Notes under the pieces: generated by a model
The model's input: only the letters and a program-made list of their open reading frames with translations
Database searches by the model: none
Told to the model about the DNA's origin: nothing
In this document: positions 16,770 to 27,613 of the stretch, piece by piece
How positions within the stretch are numbered: the first letter of the stretch is position 1
Layout: each line of letters opens with the position of its first letter
Assembly (NCBI GenBank): GCA_035461025.1
Contig: DATHWA010000350.1
Coordinates: forward strand, 1-43,738
Reading direction: 5' to 3'
Length of the DNA: 43,738 nt
DNA from: Gillisia sp.
GTDB lineage: Bacteria; Bacteroidota; Bacteroidia; Flavobacteriales; Flavobacteriaceae
Position numbers and translations under genes: made by a program

Positions 16770-19211
16770 ATGAGGCAAAATATACATATTAGAATCACCC
16801 TGAGCTTATGGGTATTCCTTATATGTTTATTACCTCTTTCCTCCCAAACAATCCAGGTAGTCTCCAATACCGGGCAGCCTATTTCCTTTGCCATCATTGA
16901 ATTTTCTAATGGTGAAAAAGAGTTTACAAATTTACAGGGTCAATATGAATTAGTAAAACTGGAGGAAGAAAAGAACGTAAAAATTTCCTTTCCGGGGTAC
17001 AGGAGTAAAAGTTTTAATATTTCTCCTGCTCAATATTATATAAGGGTTCAAATGGAACCGGCAGTAGGAGTACGAATAGGTAGCCGCCATCCTGTTGATG
17101 AAATAATCAAAAAAGCAATATCTGCCAGAGTTAACAATGACCCGGATCTTAGGTTCAGCTCTTATTCTCATAGAAGCTATCATAAATTAAGCGTAGATCG
17201 TCAATCCCCATCTGGCTCCGCAATTACTCAGGAACTAGATGTTACCCGGGGCGGAAATTTTCTAAGTGAGAAAGTAGCCATTCATCTTTATGCCGATGGT
17301 AAGGAAGAAAAAGAAATTATTGAAGGCTTTCATACCGCAGGGTTCGATGATCCGGCTTATGAAATCCTAAGCCTGGAACTGGAGCCTCCTTCTTTATATA
17401 AAGAAGATTATTCTATCTATAATACAGATTATGCCGGGCCTCTGGCTTCCCGCGCTCTTAAAAATTACAATTTCACCCTTTTGGATACACTGCTACATAA
17501 GAACCAGGAGGTATTGGTTGTACATTTTAAACCCCGCAGGCCCAATGCAGTAGACGGAGTAGAAGGGATAATGTTTCTTAACTCAACCTCCCTGGCCATC
17601 CAGTATGCCCGCGTGGGAATTGCAGCGAATATTTTACTGGAGGCAGTACACCATTACAACTACCTGGAGAAGCACAATATTTGGTTTCCGGAAGAACAAA
17701 CCCTTCTTCTTAGACCCGGAACCGGAGGTAAGGACATTAGTATTTTTGGAGGCAGTATCGCATTAGGTACGGTTCAGAAAAAATTTTCCCCACTTGATAT
17801 TCTGCTAAGACCGGAGCAAATAGAAGATGACCTATACATGCTTTCTCAAACCATATTTTATGACCTTGACCTGGAAGAAGATATTTCCATCCCCAGGTAC
17901 ACGGCACATATAAAGGTATTGGATGAAGCAGAGAAAAGAGATACCGCTTTCTGGCAGCAGCACAGAAAAAAGGAATTTACTCCCCGCGACAGTTATACAG
18001 AGCCCCGGGTAAGAAGACAAATTTTACAGGAAAATACACTAAGGAAAATTGAGATCAATGATGCCATTGGCCAGGGTTTTTTTCCATTAGGAATCTGGAA
18101 TTTTGACCTGGCCAGGTTTCTTCACTATAATAACTATGAAGGGCTCCGGCTTGGAGCTGGAGGACAAACTAACTATAATTTTTCTGAAAACTTCCGTCTG
18201 GAAGCTTACGGGGTATATGGATTTAAAGATCACCAATTCAAATATGGAGCAGGCGCAGGGGTCAAACTGAACCATCGCACAGGCACCTGGTTAAATTTAA
18301 GGTACAATGATGATATTCGCGAAGTCGCAGTTTACGAATACCTTAAGGATGTAAGAGAATTTTCGATTTTTGAACCGCGTACGGTTAATATTAGTTATTA
18401 CTATGCTTACAGAAAGTTGGAAAGCAGCCTGGAGCACAGGCTTACCCCCAGGATGGATACCGAATTAACGGTTGCACGAAATGACATTTTCCAGCTCCGG
18501 GACTATGAATTTCTTAGCGCCGGGGAAAGCTATAGCGACTATACAATTTCTGAAGCAACCCTCTCTTTTCTTTGGCGTCCATTCAGCCAATTTATAAGCA
18601 CCCCTGAAGATTTTGAACTTTATGATAATAATTACCCTGTGGTTACCGGGCAGATTTCCCGTAGCTTCTCAGGAATTTTAGGCGGAGATTTCGATTTCAC
18701 TAAAGTTGGCCTCAAGATCCAGTACGCAAAAGAACGCCTGGACGATTCTTTTACCCAAATAACTATGGAAGGGAATTTGGGGTTTGGGGAATTACCCCTT
18801 ACTCATGCATTTCATGCTTTCCCAAACAATGCGAACCGGCCAAACATCCTGGACCGGTTTGCGGTTGCAGGCAAGATAAGTTTTGAGACCATGTATTTTA
18901 ATGAATTCTTTAGCGACCGGCAGGCAGCAATTCATGTGCGTCACCAATTTAGGCCAATGGACCTTGCCGGCATTTCCCAACCCCGGCTTGTACTGGTTTC
19001 CAGGCATGTTATTGGAGATTTTCAAAATAGGGCCGCTCACCAAAATATAAATTTCAATACCATGCAACACATATACTCAGAAAGCGGACTCGAGATTAAC
19101 CAAATCCTGCTGGGATTTGGGCTTAGTGCAGCATATAGATATGGCGCTTATCATTTACCAACATTTCAGGAAAATTTTTCTTTGAAATTCACTTTTGAGT
19201 TCCAGTTATAA
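16770..19211 (+). CDS. DUF5686 family outer-membrane protein with N-terminal carboxypeptidase-regulatory-like domain
   Basis: Signal peptide; GQPISFA..TNLQGQY..ISFPGY N-domain; YNNYEGLRLG and YGFKD..KYG motifs; beta-barrel-like C-terminus. Confidence 0.8.
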   Translation: MRQNIHIRITLSLWVFLICLLPLSSQTIQVVSNTGQPISFAIIEFSNGEKEFTNLQGQYELVKLEEEKNVKISFPGYRSKSFNISPAQYYIRVQMEPAVGVRIGSRHPVDEIIKKAISARVNNDPDLRFSSYSHRSYHKLSVDRQSPSGSAITQELDVTRGGNFLSEKVAIHLYADGKEEKEIIEGFHTAGFDDPAYEILSLELEPPSLYKEDYSIYNTDYAGPLASRALKNYNFTLLDTLLHKNQEVLVVHFKPRRPNAVDGVEGIMFLNSTSLAIQYARVGIAANILLEAVHHYNYLEKHNIWFPEEQTLLLRPGTGGKDISIFGGSIALGTVQKKFSPLDILLRPEQIEDDLYMLSQTIFYDLDLEEDISIPRYTAHIKVLDEAEKRDTAFWQQHRKKEFTPRDSYTEPRVRRQILQENTLRKIEINDAIGQGFFPLGIWNFDLARFLHYNNYEGLRLGAGGQTNYNFSENFRLEAYGVYGFKDHQFKYGAGAGVKLNHRTGTWLNLRYNDDIREVAVYEYLKDVREFSIFEPRTVNISYYYAYRKLESSLEHRLTPRMDTELTVARNDIFQLRDYEFLSAGESYSDYTISEATLSFLWRPFSQFISTPEDFELYDNNYPVVTGQISRSFSGILGGDFDFTKVGLKIQYAKERLDDSFTQITMEGNLGFGELPLTHAFHAFPNNANRPNILDRFAVAGKISFETMYFNEFFSDRQAAIHVRHQFRPMDLAGISQPRLVLVSRHVIGDFQNRAAHQNINFNTMQHIYSESGLEINQILLGFGLSAAYRYGAYHLPTFQENFSLKFTFEFQL

Positions 19212-19289
19212 TTACCTCCCAGATTAACCCTCTTAGAATCAATAATTACTCTCTGATTTCTTAACTTTGCACTCGCTTAAAAAATACCC

Positions 19290-21692
19290 ATGTCAAAAAT
19301 TTTCAGTTTTGGCTTCTGGAATTCCATCGCCCGTGTAATTCTAAGAAACCGGCTAGTTTTTATTACAATAATTATTGGAATTACCATATTTCTTGCCACT
19401 CAATGGCAACATATGCGCTTCTCCTATACCGAAGCAAATTTGCTCCCGGATGATCACGAAATCAATCTTGTTTACAATGATTTCCTGGAGAAATTTGGGG
19501 AAGAGGGGAATCTAATTGTTATTGCAGTTAAAGATCCCACTCTTTTTACTCCTGAAAAATTTACCGCCTGGAACGATCTTACTGAAAGGCTTCAGAGTTA
19601 TTCTGAAGTTGAAAATGTCATAGCAATAGGCAACCTCAAGAAACTTCAAAAATTTGAAGATCCCAACAGGTTTGAGATGGTTCCTTTTGTTGAGGATAAA
19701 GACTGGGACAGTGAAGATGTTGAAAACTACAGGGATGAGTTATTTAATAGATTGCCCTTTTATGAAAATCTGGTTTATAGTAAAACCTCCAATACAGTTC
19801 AAACTGCCTTATACCTGGATGAAGCTATAGTTAATTCTGAAGAGCGAAAAGTTTTTGTCACAGATGAGTTACAGCCTCTTATCGAAAATTTTGAAAAGGA
19901 CAATGAGTTGGAGGTGTATGTTTCAGGCATGCCCTATATACGAACCCTCAATGCTCAAAATATAATAGACGAAATTGGACTGTTCATTGGAGCAGCGCTA
20001 CTGGTAACCTCTCTTATTTTCTTTTTCTTTTTCCGCTCCATCCGTGCCACGGTGATTTCCATGGTAACTGTGATGATTGGGGTGATGTGGGCTTTTGGGG
20101 TTATTGGCCTCTTCAATTATGAAATTACAGTCCTCACTGCTTTAATTCCACCTCTTATTATTGTAATTGGAATTCCAAACTGTATTTTTCTGATAAATAA
20201 ATATCAGCAGGAACTAAAAAATCACGGGAACCAGGCAAAATCCCTGCAAAGAGTAATCACCAAAGTAGGGAATGCTACCCTTCTTACCAATGTCACAACA
20301 GCTTCCGGGTTTGCTACATTTATCCTTACAGATAGCAAACTTTTAACTGAATTTGGTACTGTAGCATCGATTAACATCCTTGCTATTTTTGTACTGAGCC
20401 TGGTGATCATCCCTATCATTTACAGCTACATGCACCATCCAAAGGAAAAGCACCTTAAGCACCTTAATAAGCGGTGGATTGGAGGTTTTGTGGACTGGAT
20501 GGAGCGAATGGTTCGCCACCGCCGTATTACTATTTACATTACCTCTGTGATCCTCCTTGCCGCGAGTATTATTGGGATATATAACATTCGAATATCCGGT
20601 AGTTTGCTGGAAGACATGCCACAGGAAGCAGACTTTTTTCAGGACGTAAAATTCTTTGAAGAAGAGTTCAACGGAGTAATGCCTTTGGAGATCGTCATTG
20701 ACACCAAACGTCCAAGAGGGGCCCTCGCCCTTTCCAATCTTAAAAGAATGGAAGAACTGGAAACCGCTATAACAGATGTTCCGGAACTTTCTTCTCCCCT
20801 CTCTGTTGTAAGACTGGCAAAATATTCCAAGCAGGCATATTACAATGGAAACCCCAAATACTATCAACTTCCCACCTCCCAGGAACAAAACTTTATTTCC
20901 TCCTATTTAAAAGGTATTTCCGGTGAGGAGGATCTTCTTTCAGCCTATGTGGATTCCACCGGTCAATATGCCAGGATGACCACGTTCATGAAAGATATAG
21001 GTACAGAAGAAATGAACAGGATAGAAGCAGGACTTTGGCCACAGATCAATAAGATATTTCCGGAAGATCGATATGATGTAACTATGACTGGGAAGGCATT
21101 GATCTTTCAGAAAGGAACTTCATACCTGGTTAAGAACCTGGTGATTTCCCTGTCTCTGGCAATTTTCTTAATTGCCCTGCTTATGGCTTGGATGTTCCGT
21201 TCGTTCAGGATGATACTGGTTTCATTAATACCCAACCTGCTTCCATTACTGGTAACGGCAGGAATGATGGGATTCCTGGGAGTGCCTATAAAGCCGTCAA
21301 CTATCCTGGTCTTTAGTATCGCCTTTGGTATTTCTGTAGATGACACCATCCACTTCCTGGCAAAATACAGGCAGGAGTTAAAAGCCAATAACTGGAAGAT
21401 AAAACGTTCAGTATATGCAGCTCTCCGCGAGACAGGAGTTTCTATGTTCTATACTTCCATCGTGCTTTTCTTCGGATTTTCGGTATTTATGATTAGCAGT
21501 TTTGGTGGTACAGTTGCACTAGGTGGCCTGGTATCGGCTACATTACTGTTCGCAATGCTGGCCAACTTACTATTGTTACCGTCCCTGTTGCTTTCCCTGG
21601 AAAAGCGAATCGCGAATAAGGAAACCCTCAAAGAACCTGCGATTGAAATCATTGCTGAGGAAGATGATATATTAAAAGAAAACAATCAATAA
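19290..21692 (+). CDS. MMPL/RND-superfamily transporter
   Basis: Two repeats of TM + periplasmic loop + 5 TM; GISVDDTIHF motif; TAACTTTG box at 19262-19269. Confidence 0.88.
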   Translation: MSKIFSFGFWNSIARVILRNRLVFITIIIGITIFLATQWQHMRFSYTEANLLPDDHEINLVYNDFLEKFGEEGNLIVIAVKDPTLFTPEKFTAWNDLTERLQSYSEVENVIAIGNLKKLQKFEDPNRFEMVPFVEDKDWDSEDVENYRDELFNRLPFYENLVYSKTSNTVQTALYLDEAIVNSEERKVFVTDELQPLIENFEKDNELEVYVSGMPYIRTLNAQNIIDEIGLFIGAALLVTSLIFFFFFRSIRATVISMVTVMIGVMWAFGVIGLFNYEITVLTALIPPLIIVIGIPNCIFLINKYQQELKNHGNQAKSLQRVITKVGNATLLTNVTTASGFATFILTDSKLLTEFGTVASINILAIFVLSLVIIPIIYSYMHHPKEKHLKHLNKRWIGGFVDWMERMVRHRRITIYITSVILLAASIIGIYNIRISGSLLEDMPQEADFFQDVKFFEEEFNGVMPLEIVIDTKRPRGALALSNLKRMEELETAITDVPELSSPLSVVRLAKYSKQAYYNGNPKYYQLPTSQEQNFISSYLKGISGEEDLLSAYVDSTGQYARMTTFMKDIGTEEMNRIEAGLWPQINKIFPEDRYDVTMTGKALIFQKGTSYLVKNLVISLSLAIFLIALLMAWMFRSFRMILVSLIPNLLPLLVTAGMMGFLGVPIKPSTILVFSIAFGISVDDTIHFLAKYRQELKANNWKIKRSVYAALRETGVSMFYTSIVLFFGFSVFMISSFGGTVALGGLVSATLLFAMLANLLLLPSLLLSLEKRIANKETLKEPAIEIIAEEDDILKENNQ

Positions 21693-21752
21693 TAGACCCT
21701 TGGTAAGCAAGTAAGGAAGATTTATATTTGAGCCACAAAAACCCAATCAAAA

Positions 21753-23195
21753 ATGATCAAAGCAAAGATTGCAGAATTATTAAATAGTAACCAGTTTTTA
21801 CAGGAAGTTGAAGTAAAAGGCTGGGTGCGTTCTTTTCGTAGCAACCGGTTCATTGCCGTTAATGACGGTTCTACTATTAACAACATGCAATGTGTTATTG
21901 ATTTTGAGAATACAAAAGAAGAAACCCTAAAACGCATTACCATTGGAGCCGCGATCAAAGTTGTGGGAACACTTAAGGAAAGCCTTGGGAGTCAGCAAAG
22001 CGTGGAGGTAGATGTTAAGAGTGTGGAGATCCTTGGAGATGCAAATCCAGAGGAAGTTAAATTAACTATTCTGTCGCCAAAGAGACATAGCCTTGAATTT
22101 TTAAGGGAACAGGCGCATCTCAGAATACGCACCAACACTTTTGGAGCCGTGATGAGGGTAAGAAGTAAACTGTCTTTTGCGGTTCACAGTTATTTTCAGC
22201 AAAACAATTTTCATTATGTGAACACGCCCATAATAACAGGTAGTGATGCTGAAGGTGCCGGGGAAATGTTTAAGGTTACTGCTTTTGATCTAAAAAATCC
22301 TCCGAAGAATGAAGATGGCAGTATAGACTTTAAAAAAGATTTTTTCGGAAAAGAGACTAATCTTACGGTATCCGGACAGCTGGAAGGAGAAACTTATGCG
22401 ATGGGACTTGGACAGATCTATACTTTTGGCCCAACCTTCCGCGCAGAGAATTCCAACACCTCCCGTCACCTTGCAGAGTTCTGGATGATTGAACCGGAAC
22501 TTGCATTTTGCGACCTGGACCAGAATATGGACCTGGCAGAAGATTTTATCAAGTATGTAGTAGACTATGCACTTAAGCATTGTAAGGATGACCTGGATTT
22601 TCTTGCTACCCGTCAGGAAAATGAGGATAAAACTAAACCAAAGGAAGAGCGCAGTGATATGACCCTTTTGGATAAGCTTAAATTTGTTACTGAAAATAAC
22701 TTTAAAAGGGTAAGCTATACTGAAGCAATTGAGATCCTTAGAAATTCAAAACCGAACAAGAAGAAAAAATTTCAGTACGTTATTGAGGAATGGGGTGCAG
22801 ATCTTCAAAGTGAACACGAACGTTTTCTTGTTGAAAAACATTTTAAATGTCCTGTAATCCTTTTTGATTACCCTGCCAACATCAAGGCCTTTTATATGCG
22901 CCTGAATGAAGACGGTAAGACGGTAAGGGCAATGGACATCCTTTTCCCGGGAATTGGTGAGATCGTAGGAGGTTCTCAAAGAGAGGAACGCCTGGAAGTG
23001 CTGAAGGAGAAAATGAAAGCCCTGGATATTGATGAGGAAGAATTATGGTGGTACCTGGACACAAGAAGGTTTGGAACCTGTGTACATAGCGGATTTGGAT
23101 TAGGATTTGAACGTCTTGTCCAATTTGTTACCGGGATGACCAATATTCGCGATGTGATCCCTTTCCCTCGTACTCCGCAGAATGCTGAATTTTAA
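21753..23195 (+). CDS. asnS: Asparagine--tRNA ligase
   Basis: GWVR OB fold, LTVSGQL, FRAENSNTSRHLAEFWMIEPE, GFGLGFER. Confidence 0.98.
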   Translation: MIKAKIAELLNSNQFLQEVEVKGWVRSFRSNRFIAVNDGSTINNMQCVIDFENTKEETLKRITIGAAIKVVGTLKESLGSQQSVEVDVKSVEILGDANPEEVKLTILSPKRHSLEFLREQAHLRIRTNTFGAVMRVRSKLSFAVHSYFQQNNFHYVNTPIITGSDAEGAGEMFKVTAFDLKNPPKNEDGSIDFKKDFFGKETNLTVSGQLEGETYAMGLGQIYTFGPTFRAENSNTSRHLAEFWMIEPELAFCDLDQNMDLAEDFIKYVVDYALKHCKDDLDFLATRQENEDKTKPKEERSDMTLLDKLKFVTENNFKRVSYTEAIEILRNSKPNKKKKFQYVIEEWGADLQSEHERFLVEKHFKCPVILFDYPANIKAFYMRLNEDGKTVRAMDILFPGIGEIVGGSQREERLEVLKEKMKALDIDEEELWWYLDTRRFGTCVHSGFGLGFERLVQFVTGMTNIRDVIPFPRTPQNAEF

Positions 23196-23204
23196 ATATA
23201 CCTG

Positions 23205-24053
23205 GTGGAAATATTAGAGACGCATATTGTTCCTGCAATCCCTGAAAAGGTAAGATTGCAGGAATATGCGCATCTCGTTTTCAAGTCTCTCCCAACAAGA
23301 ACGGCAGTCAAGAAAGCTATTAAAAGAGAAGAAATACGAATAAACAAAAAAGTTGCAGGTACAGGAGACTGGATCGAACAAGGACAAGAGATCACTCTTA
23401 TAAAGCAAGAAAGTAAGCCTACCAAAGTTTTTCAGCTAAAGCTGGAAATCATCCTGGAAGATGAATTTCTGGCTGTGATAAATAAACCAGCCGGCATCCC
23501 TACCAGTGGAAATTACTTCAGAACAGTTGAAAATGCCCTGCCTTTTAATCTGAACCCCTCATCACAATTAGACGCCTTACCACAACCCCGGCCGGTCCAC
23601 AGATTAGATAATCCTACCAGCGGCCTGTTGATTATTGCAAAAACGAGAACAGCTCAAACCATACTTTCGCGCGACCTTCAGAATAAAACAATTAGAAAAA
23701 CCTACCTGGCTCTGGTGCATGGAAGTATTGCAGGTAATACAGTTTATACAGACGATCTTGACGGGAAACCCGCTCACACGGAAATTCAACTATTAAAGCA
23801 TCTGCAGATAGCACATAAAGATTTTTCTCTGGTAGAAGCTTCTCCTGCTACCGGGAGAACTCACCAAATAAGAAAACACCTATCCTTAAATGGTAATGCG
23901 ATTGTTGGCGATAAGGAATATGGGACAATAGTATCTGCGGGCTTCTCAAATGGCTTATACCTGGCCGCGATTGCACTGGATTTTACTCATCCAATCCTGA
24001 AAACCGCAGTATCATTGACATTACCGTGGCCTTTGAAATTCAGGCGTTTATAA
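23205..24053 (+). CDS. RluA-family pseudouridine synthase with S4 domain
   Basis: NKPAG, VHRLD..TSG, TGRTHQIR, IVGD..YG. GTG start. Confidence 0.9.
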   Translation: MEILETHIVPAIPEKVRLQEYAHLVFKSLPTRTAVKKAIKREEIRINKKVAGTGDWIEQGQEITLIKQESKPTKVFQLKLEIILEDEFLAVINKPAGIPTSGNYFRTVENALPFNLNPSSQLDALPQPRPVHRLDNPTSGLLIIAKTRTAQTILSRDLQNKTIRKTYLALVHGSIAGNTVYTDDLDGKPAHTEIQLLKHLQIAHKDFSLVEASPATGRTHQIRKHLSLNGNAIVGDKEYGTIVSAGFSNGLYLAAIALDFTHPILKTAVSLTLPWPLKFRRL

Positions 24054-24168
24054 TTTTTAACAAGCATCCTTACTTCTTAACAAAAATTTACCAGCACCAT
24101 TCTCTATGCCAAAGCTGTATTCGCATTGTTTTTGCTTAAATTTGTAAGACGAGTTCAATTACTTATTT

Positions 24169-25632
24169 ATGCTAAAACAGCAATTAAATTTTAAATTATC
24201 CCAGAAGCTATCCCCTCAACAAATCCAGTTGATGAAGCTTATTCAGTTGCCAACACAGGCTTTTGAACAGCGCATCAAACAGGAACTTGAAGAAAACCCT
24301 GCCCTGGAAGATGGCAAGGAAGATATAGAGGGTGACTTTGACGATGAGTTTTCCAATAATGAATATGATGATGACGATTATGGGAATGAAACTATAGAAA
24401 GTGATATTGATGTAGATGAGTACCTAAGTGATGATGAAATTCCAAGTTACAGACTGCAGGCAAATAATTATAGTGCAGATGATGAAGACCGGCAGGTTCC
24501 ATACGCTTCCGGAACCTCCTTTTCTCAATATTTAAAATCCCAGTTAAGCACTTTTAGATTAAGCGAAACAGAAAAGGAAATCGCAGATTTCCTTGTTGGG
24601 AGTGTGGATGAGAGCGGTTATATACGCAGGAGCATTCAGGATATCGTAGATGATCTCGCTTTTACCCAGAATGTTTATACAGATGAGGAGACTGTGGAAA
24701 AGGTCCTGAAATTTGTACAGGAATTGGATCCGGCAGGAGTAGGATCACGAAATCTTCAGGAATGTTTGCTTATACAACTGCATAGAAAGGAACCTAGAAA
24801 AGATGTTTCCCTGGCGATAGACCTTCTTGAAAAATCCTTTGACCACTTCAGCAAAAAACATTATTCAAAATTACTTTCACGTCACGATATTTCTGAAGAC
24901 GAATTAAGGGATGCAATAGATGTGATCGAGCATCTTAACCCAAAACCGGGAGGAACTTTTGCAGGCAATATACGTCTTGTGGAACATGTGATCCCAGATT
25001 TTGCTATTAAGATAGTGGATGGGGAACTGGAACTTAGCTTAAATGGACGAAACGCCCCGGAGATGCATATTTCCAATGATTACAACAATATGCTTAAGGG
25101 ATATAAAGAATCGAAAGAAAAGACCAGGGCCCAGAAGGATGCAGTGATGTTTATTAAACAAAAGCTGGACTCTGCCAAATGGTTCATTGAAGCGATAAAA
25201 CAGCGGCAACAAACTTTAATGGTTACCATGAGTTCCATTATGAACTATCAAAAGGAATACTTTCTTTCCGGAGATGAGCGAAATTTACGTCCAATGATCC
25301 TTAAGGATATCGCAGATGAAATAGGAATGGACGTCTCTACCGTCTCCAGAGTTGCCAATAGTAAATATGTAGACACCCCTTACGGCACAAAACTCATAAA
25401 AGAATTTTTCTCTGAATCAATGAAGAATGACCAGGGGGAGGATGTATCTACGAGGGAGATCAAGAAAATCCTGGAAATGTCCATTGAAGAGGAAGACAAA
25501 AGAAGACCTTTAACTGATGAAAAACTGGCAAAATTACTAAAGGAAAAAGGCTATCCTATTGCCCGGCGTACAGTTGCAAAATACAGGGAACAACTGGATA
25601 TCCCTGTGGCAAGGATGAGAAAAGAGATCTAA
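24169..25632 (+). CDS. rpoN: RNA polymerase sigma-54 factor
   Basis: Gln/Leu-rich region I, STVSRV HTH, RpoN box ARRTVAKYRE. Confidence 0.97.
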   Translation: MLKQQLNFKLSQKLSPQQIQLMKLIQLPTQAFEQRIKQELEENPALEDGKEDIEGDFDDEFSNNEYDDDDYGNETIESDIDVDEYLSDDEIPSYRLQANNYSADDEDRQVPYASGTSFSQYLKSQLSTFRLSETEKEIADFLVGSVDESGYIRRSIQDIVDDLAFTQNVYTDEETVEKVLKFVQELDPAGVGSRNLQECLLIQLHRKEPRKDVSLAIDLLEKSFDHFSKKHYSKLLSRHDISEDELRDAIDVIEHLNPKPGGTFAGNIRLVEHVIPDFAIKIVDGELELSLNGRNAPEMHISNDYNNMLKGYKESKEKTRAQKDAVMFIKQKLDSAKWFIEAIKQRQQTLMVTMSSIMNYQKEYFLSGDERNLRPMILKDIADEIGMDVSTVSRVANSKYVDTPYGTKLIKEFFSESMKNDQGEDVSTREIKKILEMSIEEEDKRRPLTDEKLAKLLKEKGYPIARRTVAKYREQLDIPVARMRKEI

Positions 25633-26237
25633 TGCGGGGGATTTTAAAAAGTGCCTCTTATATCTTTCATCCCTTATGGATGCCTTTTGCGGGCAGCCTG
25701 TTATATTTTGTGATCACTCCACGCTTCTTTCCACTACCCCTCATCAAAGCAAAGATGCTGGCTATTGCGATTACAACTTTATTTATACCCATTGTTTTTT
25801 ATTTTCTACTTAAGAACCTGGGAAAGGCAAAATCAATGTTCCTTGGGGATGTTAAGGAGAGAAGATGGCCGTTATTTTTCTATAACTTGCTTATAGGACT
25901 TAATCTCTACCAGATTCTGGACCCATATAATTACCCTGCACTATATTACTTTTTTGCGGGAATACTTTTCTCCACTATGACCGCATTCCTGCTGTCCCTC
26001 GTAAACCTAAAGATTAGCCTGCATATGATAGGCCTAAGCGGCATTTTAATGTTCCTGCTTGCCCTGAGTATATATTACAGGATTAACCTCATATACAGCA
26101 TCGCGTTTGTGATCGCTGCATTAGGTCTCACAGCCTCTTCACGCCTCGAACTTAAAGCCCATAATTGGCTGGAACTAGCCCTTGGTGTTTTTATTGGTCT
26201 ACTCCCCCAAATTATCGTATTGAATTTCTGGCTCTAG
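25632..26237 (+). CDS. Conserved hypothetical multi-TM protein, translationally coupled to rpoN
   Basis: TAATG overlap; SYIFHP, KISLH and SSRL..KAH motifs reminiscent of PAP2-like proteins. Confidence 0.7.
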   Translation: MRGILKSASYIFHPLWMPFAGSLLYFVITPRFFPLPLIKAKMLAIAITTLFIPIVFYFLLKNLGKAKSMFLGDVKERRWPLFFYNLLIGLNLYQILDPYNYPALYYFFAGILFSTMTAFLLSLVNLKISLHMIGLSGILMFLLALSIYYRINLIYSIAFVIAALGLTASSRLELKAHNWLELALGVFIGLLPQIIVLNFWL

Positions 26238-26321
26238 GGTTTTGTACCTATTCTTAAAAGCCAACTTGCCGGTTGTAGAAATTTAAAAAAGCAAGGGTAT
26301 AAAAAATCCGGGAAATGCTTG

Positions 26322-27023
26322 CTACAGGATATAGAACATCAACCCCAGTTTAAAAGTAGAAAGCCCTACTTCAGCATCCTGGATATGTGCATCCTTAAAG
26401 AAAGGATTAAGACTATAATAAACGTGAAAATTGAAGGTATTATACCCAAATGTAAAGGTAGTACCAATACGAAACCTTTCAAGCTCGGGAAGATCGCGAC
26501 GAATTACCTGATTGCCTTCCTGTCTAAAATTAGATTTAAAGTTATATATATAACCTAATCTCACCCCTGTATAAACCCTCCAGAACTTATAAGTTTCCGG
26601 GGTAGATGTTCTCCAACGAAATTCAAGGGGGGCTTCAATTAATTGGGTGGCAAACCTGTTGGATTCATAAATTACATCCTGCGCATTAAGATCCCGGAAA
26701 ATAGTTTGACCATCTGGAGTACTCCCAATAAACAAGTCTTGCCCATAGGTATTAATGGACCATCCCAGACCCGTTCCTATGGCTATATTCCTCCGTTTAT
26801 TAATTGGAAAGTCCCTAATAAAACCCGCATGAAATCCACCAGACAATCCTTGCTGTGATACCTCTCCCGGCATATCACTAAGAACATGGAAGGTGAGCCC
26901 TATATATATCTGGTCCTCCCTGTATGAACTATCTATGACTGTAGGGGCAATATTTACAGGTTCCTGTGCAACGGCCTGTCCAAGCAAGCCTACACCACAT
27001 ATAAACAGGCACCAGTATTTCAT
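26322..27023 (-). CDS. Outer-membrane beta-barrel ('porin family', PorT-like) protein
   Basis: Signal peptide, YREDQIY, alternating beta strands, C-terminal GLMFYIL. Confidence 0.75.
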   Translation of the reverse strand: MKYWCLFICGVGLLGQAVAQEPVNIAPTVIDSSYREDQIYIGLTFHVLSDMPGEVSQQGLSGGFHAGFIRDFPINKRRNIAIGTGLGWSINTYGQDLFIGSTPDGQTIFRDLNAQDVIYESNRFATQLIEAPLEFRWRTSTPETYKFWRVYTGVRLGYIYNFKSNFRQEGNQVIRRDLPELERFRIGTTFTFGYNTFNFHVYYSLNPFFKDAHIQDAEVGLSTFKLGLMFYIL

Positions 27024-27055
27024 ATTTGAAGTTAAAAGAAATCGAGGTTAAATGT

Positions 27056-27100
27056 AAAAAAAAACATCCCAAATCCGGTGGTACCGGCGGGATGTTTTTT
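27056..27100. terminator. Intrinsic terminator after the exbBD operon
   Basis: A9-CATCCC...CCGGT-GGT-ACCGG..GGGATG-T6. Confidence 0.75.
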
Positions 27101-27121
27101 AAACAGTAAAAATAATTATTT

Positions 27122-27598
27122 TTAGTTTTTCGCCACGTCTCCTGTTAAGGTAGTGTAGTTGATCTTAAGCGCTTCAGCCTTTCTAAGTTCCTGCTTGATA
27201 TCAGAAACAAGTCCCATATTGGTTTCAACATCAACTTTTAAAGCTGTAGTTAAATAAGGGACCAATTCTTCACGCTTTGACTCTCTTTCAGAATAGATGA
27301 ACTGCTGTACTTCGCTCACATCTGCAAACTTATCGTTTAACTGGATGCGTGCCTGGGTACCGAATCTTTGCTGATATCTTGGATTGGGTTTTCCTGCATA
27401 TATATACATCACCAAATCCTTTTTTTCAAGCTTCTCCACCTGGTCTGCAAACGGTAACTGGTTTTGCACCATTAAGGTGTTTTGACGCATCACCGTGGCA
27501 ACCATAAAGAAGAAAAGCAGCATGAAAACGATATCCGGCAGAGATGCTGTATTTACAGCCGGCAGTCCTCCATCTTTTTTCTTTTTAAATTTAGACAT
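27122..27598 (-). CDS. exbD: ExbD/TolR family biopolymer transport protein
   Basis: ASLPDIVFMLLFFFM TM segment with the conserved Asp. Confidence 0.88.
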   Translation of the reverse strand: MSKFKKKKDGGLPAVNTASLPDIVFMLLFFFMVATVMRQNTLMVQNQLPFADQVEKLEKKDLVMYIYAGKPNPRYQQRFGTQARIQLNDKFADVSEVQQFIYSERESKREELVPYLTTALKVDVETNMGLVSDIKQELRKAEALKINYTTLTGDVAKN

Positions 27599-27613
27599 AG
27601 TTCAAGTGTTTTT

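Noticed and set aside
20343-20888. Many 60-181 aa antisense or alternate-frame ORFs inside housekeeping genes (e.g. 20343-20888, 33911-34312, 36632-36994, 42639-43699)
   Set aside because: Fully nested in well-supported genes, with no recognisable motifs or promoters; shadow ORFs.
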